Assembly (NCBI GenBank): GCA_964590575.1
Contig: CAZPWM010000092.1
Span: 1-12,598, forward strand
Direction: 5' to 3'
DNA length: 12,598 nucleotides
Source: an uncultured archaeon
Lineage (GTDB): Archaea; Asgardarchaeota; Thorarchaeia; Thorarchaeales; Thorarchaeaceae
Positions 1 to 6,814 of this stretch are shown one piece after another. The notes under the pieces were generated by a model. It had not been told where the DNA came from. It searched no databases and saw only the letters and a program-made list of their open reading frames with translations. A program made the translations under genes and the position numbers. Numbering within the stretch: the first letter of the stretch is position 1; every line of letters starts with the position of its first letter.

Positions 1-2
1 GA

Positions 3-713
3 ATCGGTATTTGGTTTCTTGAGTCTGCTTTTGAGTATTACGGTCAGGGGGATGAGCTCCTGTGGCAGTACGCTGACAATGCCAGCATCCCCATTGTTTC
101 AATGGCTCACGACAGGTTTCATCCCTGCCAGGGTCTTGCAGATGTCATGGGATACAGACAACATGCAGGTAAGAACCTCAAGGGTAAGAAGATTGTGCAG
201 GTCTGGGGTAAGGGCGCACTGGTACGTTCATGGTGCAGTGTCCAAGAAAGCATCTTGATTAACTCCCGACTTGGAATGGATGTCACACTAGCTCATCCTC
301 CCGGCTATGACTTGGATCCTGAAGTTATCACGTGGTGTGAGGAAAACGCTGCGGCTGCTGACAGCACCTTTGAAGTGGTGCACGACCTCGAAGAGGGTTA
401 CAAGGATGCAGACGTTGTCTACTCGCGAAACTGGATGACAGCTGGATTCTATGATGATTTGATGAAGCGAGGAGCGGATGAAGCCAAGAAGAAAGAGATT
501 GAGATTGCTGCCAAGTATGATGATTGGATTACAACAAAGGAGTGGATGTCCCACACCAACGACGCCTTCTTCACACACTGTGGTCCAGTAGATAGAAACG
601 CAGAGGTCACAGATGAAGTCTGCGATAGTCCAAAGTCGATTGTTTATGATGTTGCTGAGAATAGACTCCATGTTCAGAAAGCAATTATGGCTTTGACAAT
701 GGGAAAACAGTAG
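3..713 (+). CDS. Ornithine/aspartate carbamoyltransferase superfamily enzyme, 5'-truncated by the window edge; AOTCase/SOTCase/YgeW-like rather than canonical OTC
   Basis: The frame is open from base 3 (IGIWFLESAFEYYGQGDELLWQYADNASIPIVS) into the 102..713 ORF. It has the HPCQGLAD carbamoyl-phosphate motif, GMDVTLAHPPGYDLD, ADVVY, HCGP (HCLP equivalent), EVTDEVCDSPKSIVYDVAENRLHVQKAIM and a TAG stop. ATG 102 is internal. Confidence 0.92.
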   Translation: MGIWFLESAFEYYGQGDELLWQYADNASIPIVSMAHDRFHPCQGLADVMGYRQHAGKNLKGKKIVQVWGKGALVRSWCSVQESILINSRLGMDVTLAHPPGYDLDPEVITWCEENAAAADSTFEVVHDLEEGYKDADVVYSRNWMTAGFYDDLMKRGADEAKKKEIEIAAKYDDWITTKEWMSHTNDAFFTHCGPVDRNAEVTDEVCDSPKSIVYDVAENRLHVQKAIMALTMGKQ

Positions 714-785
714 GAGCGGCTACTCCCTCTGTTTATGACAGAGGGCCGCCCTACTCATAGATGAGTATATCCATTTTCATTTTAA
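709..785 (+). terminator. Compound stem-loop plus T-rich tract after the carbamoyltransferase stop
   Basis: CCCTCTGT (725-732) pairs with ACAGAGGG (738-745). Outer pairs are AGTAGG (709-714)/CCTACT (750-755) and GCGG (716-719)/CCGC (746-749). TACTCAT (752-758)/ATGAGTA (761-767) follows, then ATTTTCATTTT. Confidence 0.5.
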
Positions 786-1010
786 AATTCAATCTCCCTG
801 AACGCATTCTGTCTGGACTAGTGGACCTCTCCGACGAGCGGAAGAATATTATTCGAGAATTGTACTAACAGATTACAACTCGTCAGAGCTGGGAGGACAT
901 AATCGACTAGATTAGATGGATGCGGGATTGGAAAAATAGTTGCTTGCACGTTCACTGAAGCTGACCACCTTCAATTGAAACAATACCCATCGATGCTCAG
1001 ACTAGATATA

Positions 1011-1042
1011 GGAAAACTCCGTGGGCGCCTGCTGGCGCTCAC
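1011..1042 (-). terminator. Putative terminator hairpin of the stand-alone ATPase
   Basis: GTGGGCGCC (1021-1029)/GGCGCTCAC (1034-1042) is an inverted repeat with one mismatch, 3 nt past the stop, followed on the - strand by GGAGTTTTCC. Confidence 0.5.
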
Positions 1043-1045
1043 ACC

Positions 1046-2131
1046 CTATTCTCTCTCGATATCCCCCCAACGGTGGCATCGTATGAAATGGTCTGGTTTG
1101 ACTTCTCTGTATTCCGGCACTTCTTCTTTGCAGATATCAATCACATATTGGCATCGCGGATGAAATGCACATCCCTTTGGTATATCACAAGGATCAGGAG
1201 AGTTTCCAGGAATTCCTCGCAGTCGTGGTTTTTTACCAGCTCGCATTTGCATCATTGCAATGGTTGGAAAACTTGACATGAGTCCCATAGTGTAGGGATG
1301 TTGAGGTTCATGAAAGATGGTCGTAGCAGTTGCATATTCCACTATCTTTCCTGCATACATGATTGCAACTCTATCAGCCATTTCAGCCACAACACCAGCG
1401 TCATGACTGATAAGCAAAAGCGAAACATGAAATTCATCACGTATCATCTTTAGAACATTCATAATCTGTCGTTGTATGGTCACATCGAGAGCTGATGTGG
1501 GTTCATCAGCTATCACCATGTACGGTCCGGCAATAAGCGCCATGGCAATGAGTATACGCTGAGATTCACCACCACTAAAACTTCCAGGGTCCATGACAAA
1601 CCGTAGATTGGCATCAGCCAGTTGTACTAAACCAAGATACTCGAGAACCTTTCCCTTCAGTTCAATTAATCTGATTGATTCGTCATGAACTTCAACAGGT
1701 TCAGCAGTCTGATGCCCAATACTATGTTGCGGATTAAGAGCATGACCAAGTCCCTGAGGAATTAGTGAAAGTTCACGACCTCGAATTGCAACGAGCTCTT
1801 CTTGCGAGAGTCTGCTCATGTCTTTTCCTCTGAAGATGACAGTTCCCTGCACGCCAGGTAGGTCCTTGGTTCCAGGTAGCCCCTTATCAAACGCTCTCCT
1901 TAGTTCAGGGTCATTTGAGGCGCCTGCAGAAAACCTAGCTACTCTCTCAAAGAGTCCCATAATCGCAAGTGCCATGCTAGTTTTCCCTGAACCACTCTCA
2001 CCTAGAAGTCCGACACATTCTCCCTCTCGAACTTCTAACGAAACATCATCAACTGCCCTGACCAACCCTTTCTTGGAAGGATAGTATGCCTTCAGGTTTT
2101 TCAGAATAAGTAGTGTATCACCTTTGGCCAT
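1046..2131 (-). CDS. Oligopeptide/dipeptide ABC transporter ATP-binding protein (DppD/OppD-type), stand-alone paralogue
   Basis: Walker A GESGSGKT, Q-loop LIPQ, signature FSGGESQR, Walker B VIADEPT, D-loop SALD, H-loop ISHD, and a C-terminal HPYT domain with four Cys (CAFHPRC..C..CH). Confidence 0.93.
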   Translation of the reverse strand: MAKGDTLLILKNLKAYYPSKKGLVRAVDDVSLEVREGECVGLLGESGSGKTSMALAIMGLFERVARFSAGASNDPELRRAFDKGLPGTKDLPGVQGTVIFRGKDMSRLSQEELVAIRGRELSLIPQGLGHALNPQHSIGHQTAEPVEVHDESIRLIELKGKVLEYLGLVQLADANLRFVMDPGSFSGGESQRILIAMALIAGPYMVIADEPTSALDVTIQRQIMNVLKMIRDEFHVSLLLISHDAGVVAEMADRVAIMYAGKIVEYATATTIFHEPQHPYTMGLMSSFPTIAMMQMRAGKKPRLRGIPGNSPDPCDIPKGCAFHPRCQYVIDICKEEVPEYREVKPDHFIRCHRWGDIERE

Positions 2132-2159
2132 ACTGACACCAAGGCGGGCTTGACATATT

Positions 2160-2180
2160 TCACTAATAAAGCGTGTTGAA
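2160..2180 (-). promoter_or_regulatory. Putative archaeal TATA box for the 1046..2131 gene
   Basis: The - strand reads CAACACGCTTTATTAGTG; TTTATTA (2164-2170) lies about 33 nt upstream of the ATG, consistent with a short-leader transcript. Confidence 0.4.
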
Positions 2181-2205
2181 GACGCATATACACTTCAGAG
2201 AGTGT

Positions 2206-2284
2206 CTAATTTGAGTATGGCACCTGTTTCATCTGTGTTTCCACAATTGTTGTAGCCTTACCAACTTGGACATGGAATCTTCAT
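2206..2284 (-). pseudogene. Possible frameshifted zinc-ribbon gene fragment (ZPR1-like N-terminus)
   Basis: ATG at 2284 gives MKIPCPS, then TGG TAA. The shifted frame reads GKATTIVETQMKQVPYSN*. Restoring 2 nt gives MKIPCPSCGKATTIVETQMKQVPY. Confidence 0.3.
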
Positions 2285-2298
2285 TAATATGATAACTT

Positions 2299-3156
2299 CT
2301 ACCAGGCACCTTCTGTTGTAGTAAATGCCTTCATCATGAAGTACATCATCAGAGAGATTAGAATAAGAACTGTCGCGAATCCTGCGAGAAATGACTGGCT
2401 TGCGACAGTATTCCAGAAAAAGTTTCCACCAAACTCCTCAGTCCAACCTAAACCACCGGTCACAAATCCAACCGAAGTAAGTACAAATGGAGTGCTCACA
2501 AACACCGCGATTACCAATGAGAGATATCCTGCGCGTTTCAACATGACTGTCTTTGGTGTAGGTATCGGTTTCGGCTCAGGTTCTGATTTTTCATCATCCT
2601 CCTTGCTCAAACCTCTCATGATAAAACGGTCATGAATACGATCGTACTTTGATCGCCAGTATCTCTTAAATCCTGCAATACTAACATCTTTCTCTCGCGA
2701 TAATAGACGCCCAACTCCAACAAAGGTCAATATGCCTCCTAGTGCTCCCCAGAAGAATGGGTATGCGTACAAATAGAACAAAACTATGTTGTAAATAACC
2801 GCACCTACGCGAAGCGCTATGAGAACGGAAAACCAGCCAGTACGATTCTCAAAGATGCTTTTTCTTGTGTGGATATAGTAAGAACCGACAATCATCGCAA
2901 GAAACACGAATGAAATAATATCAATAACAACCCAAACAAACCACAAATCACTAGTCAATGCTAATCGCACGATAGGGTTGTACTCATACTCTGGACCATG
3001 CGCTTGAAATAGAAGGAAGGTAAATAGTGCGTCAACAAAACCGATGGGTGATAGAGCAAGGACTAATCCTCGAACCCATTTCTCTTTCCACCATAGCGAG
3101 AACATCTCGGTCATGCTCATGGTTATAATTGATGTTCGTGCTTTGGAAGATTTCAA
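2299..3156 (-). CDS. Multi-pass membrane protein with DUF5658-like N-terminal region
   Basis: About 6 hydrophobic segments. D-x3-T...E-x-N-P (VDALFT...EYNPIV) resembles DUF5658. A charged, Pro-rich loop separates two membrane regions. The start is uncertain (TTG 3156 or the downstream MSMTEM). Confidence 0.75.
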   Translation of the reverse strand: MKSSKARTSIITMSMTEMFSLWWKEKWVRGLVLALSPIGFVDALFTFLLFQAHGPEYEYNPIVRLALTSDLWFVWVVIDIISFVFLAMIVGSYYIHTRKSIFENRTGWFSVLIALRVGAVIYNIVLFYLYAYPFFWGALGGILTFVGVGRLLSREKDVSIAGFKRYWRSKYDRIHDRFIMRGLSKEDDEKSEPEPKPIPTPKTVMLKRAGYLSLVIAVFVSTPFVLTSVGFVTGGLGWTEEFGGNFFWNTVASQSFLAGFATVLILISLMMYFMMKAFTTTEGAW

Positions 3157-3231
3157 TCACAGGCCACCATTCATTGAGTGGCGAATAATGTCTCTTTAAG
3201 TTCTGTGATATGAGTAAGATGGTTTAACACC

Positions 3232-3286
3232 AAAAACGAAGGAAGAAAAAGAAAGGGGAAAGAAGAGAGCTAGGCTCTCCTCTTTT
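3232..3286 (-). terminator. Hairpin plus long polypyrimidine tract downstream of oppA/dppA
   Basis: AAAGAAGAGAGC-TAG-GCTCTCCTCTTT inverted repeat (3259-3285), followed on the - strand by CCCCTTTCTTTTTCTTCCTTCGTTTTT. Confidence 0.65.
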
Positions 3287-3298
3287 AAACTACTTTAA

Positions 3299-5167
3299 CT
3301 ACTCTCCCTTGTACATGTGGAAGAAGTAGTAACTGTGCATTGGGTTCGCATTGAATTGCGCGTTGAACACATTCGAACGAGTCACAGTGAGCGTCAATGA
3401 TTGATACACCCAGATGTAGGCTGCATGTTCGATGATAGCATCCTGAACCTTCCCGTAGAGGGCTATTCTCTCTGCGTCATCAGTGCTCTTCGAAGCATCT
3501 GCTATCCAATCATCAACAGTTGCTTCATCCCAACCTGCTGAGTCACTTAGGTGTGCCCAGTAGGCATAGGAACCAGTGCTCTTGACATATGGTCCGACGT
3601 AGTTGTCAGGGTCAGCATAGTCTGGAACCCAGCCAATCATCCAACAACCGACCTCCTGATGACGGGCGGCTGCGAGATAAGTCGACCACTCAACGCCTAC
3701 GACGTCGATAGTAAGACCTCCAGTGGGCTGAATGGCACCATCCAACTCAAGCATGGCCATTACACCGTCCTTGAGGAGTAACTGTGTCTTACGACGAACC
3801 TCATTTCCAGAGTTGTAGTAGAAGATCAACCTGTTAGTGTTGTTTGTCAGAATGGCATCGAGCCCGTCGTCATTCATTGCTGCGTTCCAGTAAGTCTTAG
3901 CCATCTCAAGATTGTAGGGATAGACATATGCAGAGTCATTGTGACCAAACATTCCAATTGGAACTGGTCCCTGTCCCTGTGTCCCAAATCCTTGGGCAAC
4001 ATTGTCGATGACAGCTTGATAGTCCAACGCATGGCTGAGTGATTTCCTGACATTCAGCAGTCTGTATGGATTCTCAACGACTTGCTGTAGTGTCGTTTCA
4101 TTCATCGTGTCAGTCATTGTGAAGTGAATCGACGCTATAGAGAATGACGGATACATAGCCCAGACCTTGGTATTTGCATCAAGAGCCTGTACTGTCCCAT
4201 CATTCGCTGCAAATGCTGGTGCAGTCACGTTGTTGTAGACCAGCGAAGCGCTGGATGGATTGACGGTGACTATGTCTGCAGTGCCAGCCTTTATGTTGAG
4301 AATACGGCTATTCTCATCCTCGTTGATTTTGATGACCACTTCGTCAATGGCACCCGAGAATGGGAACATAGCTTTTGAGGCAGCAGTCCTCCAGTAGTTG
4401 GGATTCCTTGTTAGGACAACTCTCTCGTCAATAGTCCATTCATCGAGCATATATGGTCCGGTACCACAAGTTTCCACATCAATGGTTTCGTCATGGGAGC
4501 CTACTACTATACCACCGAGGGACTCAACCCATGATGGGCTGATCATGGCACCAACCTCGTAGGTGAGTGCTGCTAGGAAGGGTGAGTATGCGTATGCAAG
4601 CTTTACTTCCACTGTGAATTCATCGATTACGTTGACTGCACCGGTTCCAGCTGCATTGTCAGCAACCCAGGCGTTCCAGAGTGATGTGTGAAGTGTTAGG
4701 TTTTCATCGTAGACTGCATCCTCAATGGCTTGGCCACCAAGAATTGGCTCTGCGATCATCCAGACTGGACCGCTAGGGTCGAAGGTACCCATCATTCTCT
4801 CAAAGTTGTATTGAACACAAGATGCATTGAATGGTGTACCGTCATGGAATGTGACACCTTGCTGTAGTGTGAAGGTGTAGGTTTTTGCATCACTCGATAT
4901 GACCACGTCTGTCGCCAGTAGTGGTTCTACAGGGTCTGTACGTAGTGTGTTCCATTCATATGTATACAATGTTTCATATACGTTGTAATGAATCATGGAC
5001 CCAAACGTTTCATAGTTGTTGTGTGGATCCATATAGTCGGGATTACCATAGGTTTCATAGACTACTGTTTGTCCAGTTGGTGGGGCTGGCTGCATAAATA
5101 AAAATACGCCTGCACCACCAATAACCACTATGATAACCACTATTGCGATTAATTGGTTTCTTTCCAT
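3299..5167 (-). CDS. oppA: Peptide/nickel ABC transporter substrate-binding protein (SBP family 5), N-terminal membrane anchor
   Basis: P-x2-MDPH, VYETLY, PLLAT, YTFTLQQGVTFHDGTPFNASCVQYNFER (family 5 signature), GTGPY, LTRNPNYW, VRKSLSHALDY and GWVPDYADPDNY. It has a hydrophobic N-terminus with no lipobox Cys and six N-x-S/T sequons. Confidence 0.95.
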   Translation of the reverse strand: MERNQLIAIVVIIVVIGGAGVFLFMQPAPPTGQTVVYETYGNPDYMDPHNNYETFGSMIHYNVYETLYTYEWNTLRTDPVEPLLATDVVISSDAKTYTFTLQQGVTFHDGTPFNASCVQYNFERMMGTFDPSGPVWMIAEPILGGQAIEDAVYDENLTLHTSLWNAWVADNAAGTGAVNVIDEFTVEVKLAYAYSPFLAALTYEVGAMISPSWVESLGGIVVGSHDETIDVETCGTGPYMLDEWTIDERVVLTRNPNYWRTAASKAMFPFSGAIDEVVIKINEDENSRILNIKAGTADIVTVNPSSASLVYNNVTAPAFAANDGTVQALDANTKVWAMYPSFSIASIHFTMTDTMNETTLQQVVENPYRLLNVRKSLSHALDYQAVIDNVAQGFGTQGQGPVPIGMFGHNDSAYVYPYNLEMAKTYWNAAMNDDGLDAILTNNTNRLIFYYNSGNEVRRKTQLLLKDGVMAMLELDGAIQPTGGLTIDVVGVEWSTYLAAARHQEVGCWMIGWVPDYADPDNYVGPYVKSTGSYAYWAHLSDSAGWDEATVDDWIADASKSTDDAERIALYGKVQDAIIEHAAYIWVYQSLTLTVTRSNVFNAQFNANPMHSYYFFHMYKGE

Positions 5168-5350
5168 AGTTTACGCCTTCTCGTATTGATTGCGCTATGA
5201 TTTGACTTTATTCGCGTTTCATGCACTACGAATGATGTTTGTGTGCGACTGATAGTCTAATATAGCTTGCGGAAACCAAAGCCTTAAGTAACCCATGAAA
5301 ACACTCAGGCGTCGATTGTAACAAGGTCCGACAAAAACAGAGGTTTTCAA
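5168..5350. promoter_or_regulatory. Divergent promoter region between oppA and oppBCDF
   Basis: 183-nt gap between divergent starts. Candidate BRE/TATA on +: CCAAAGCCTTAAGTA (5276-5290). Candidate on -: GCGAATAAAG (about 5206-5215). GAGGT precedes ATG 5351. Confidence 0.5.
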
Positions 5351-6382
5351 ATGAAGCTTCGGGATTTCATACTCAGAAGAGTACTGCTAGCCATTCCGGT
5401 TGTCTTTGGAGTTCTGACAATTACCTGGTTCCTTGCGTATGTAGTGGGTGATCCTGTTTCCATATATATCAATGAGAACACGCCTGCCATAGCGATTCCA
5501 GCTATCAGGGCTGCACATGGATTTGATGAACCTTTGCATATCCAATATTTCCTGTATATATCAAGCCTATTTCAGGGCGACTGGGGGATCAGCGCATCAA
5601 CTAGCTTCCGACCTGTTCTGGAAGTAATTTCAATCAAGTTCCCTGCAACGATTGAGCTTTCAATCATCGCCATGGTTCTTGCTATTGTTCTTGGTATACC
5701 ATTAGGAATCTTTTCTGCTACAAGGAAGGATCAGAAAGCAGACCACTTCACTAGAGTATTCTCGCTAGCAGGAGTATCCATGCCTATTTTCTGGTTTGCT
5801 CTTATGCTGAAATACGTGTTCTTCTACCAGTTCACAGTATGGGGGCTCCCTTCTCTGCCTGGGGGCGAGCGATATACCTATGTTGACTTTGGAACTTTTG
5901 ATTACATAACAGGATTCCTAACAATTGATTCACTCCTTGTTGGCAATGTTAGACTCTTCGTTGATGCCATTCGGCATCTCATAATGCCAGGCTTCTGTCT
6001 TGGTTACCTTACTCTTGCAATCATAACAAGAATGATGAGATCCAGCATGCTGGAAGTCTTGAATGAAGACTACATCACACTAGCCAGATCAAAAGGTCTG
6101 ACTGAACGAATCGTGGTCTATCGACACGCTTTGAGGAATGCGCTCATACCCACTGTGACTGTCATTGGTCTGGCCTTTGGAGGTCTCATAACAGGAGCAG
6201 TGCTAACAGAAACCATCTTCCAATGGCCTGGACTTGGAAGATGGGCTGTCAGGGCGATTCTATTTTCGGATATTGCGGCAATCACAGGCTTCACGTTACT
6301 TGTGGCGCTTATCTTTGTAACAGCTAATCTTGTTGTAGATTTGGTTTATGGGGTGCTAGACCCTAGGATACGGTTTGGATAG
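5351..6382 (+). CDS. oppB: Peptide ABC transporter permease (DppB/OppB)
   Basis: FILRRVLLAIPV N-terminus, GDP, PLHIQYF, GDWGIS, FPATIEL, SMPIFW, RMMRSSMLEVLNEDYITLARSKGL (EAA loop), ETIFQWPGLG and DLVYGVLDPRIR. Confidence 0.96.
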   Translation: MKLRDFILRRVLLAIPVVFGVLTITWFLAYVVGDPVSIYINENTPAIAIPAIRAAHGFDEPLHIQYFLYISSLFQGDWGISASTSFRPVLEVISIKFPATIELSIIAMVLAIVLGIPLGIFSATRKDQKADHFTRVFSLAGVSMPIFWFALMLKYVFFYQFTVWGLPSLPGGERYTYVDFGTFDYITGFLTIDSLLVGNVRLFVDAIRHLIMPGFCLGYLTLAIITRMMRSSMLEVLNEDYITLARSKGLTERIVVYRHALRNALIPTVTVIGLAFGGLITGAVLTETIFQWPGLGRWAVRAILFSDIAAITGFTLLVALIFVTANLVVDLVYGVLDPRIRFG

Positions 6383-6394
6383 GAGGCGAGTGGT

Positions 6395-6769
6395 GTGCAA
6401 GATGAAGTAACCTATGACAATGGTGAAGTAATCACAGACAGAACGCGGTTCAATGTAGTCGCATACCTCCAAATCGCTGTTTCACTAATAGCAATCGCAA
6501 GCGGTGCATATTTTCTTATTGGCAATATTCTGAACTGGATTCAATCTGTTTTTGGCACCATATGGTTGGTTCTGCCTGAAGAAATGGCTCTCTATTTCAT
6601 TCATGGACTGGCTTCATTAGTGCTGGGCTATTTGGCACTTCGCGTTGGAATAGCTATTCGTAACATGGAGCTGTGGGCGTTTTCATCCCTGCTATACACC
6701 AACATTTTACTAGAGATTGTACTCCTCTCTTCCACATTGGGAATCAGCATTTCTTTTCTAGTACTTTAA
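6395..6769 (+). CDS. Hydrophobic ORF; probably the N-terminal extra membrane domain of DppC, cut by an in-frame TAA
   Basis: GTG start 8 nt after GGAGG, three hydrophobic segments, and the same frame as 6815..7780 with no further stop between 6770 and 7780. Confidence 0.65.
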   Translation: MQDEVTYDNGEVITDRTRFNVVAYLQIAVSLIAIASGAYFLIGNILNWIQSVFGTIWLVLPEEMALYFIHGLASLVLGYLALRVGIAIRNMELWAFSSLLYTNILLEIVLLSSTLGISISFLVL

Positions 6770-6814
6770 GGAATTCGTTGGTCCAATATTCTTCTAATCG
6801 CACTTGCACCAAGC

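Noticed and set aside
709-767. Possible SECIS element (hairpin containing ATGA)
   Set aside because: No in-frame TGA in the visible adjacent CDS, and no AUGA/GA kink-turn geometry with an apical AA.
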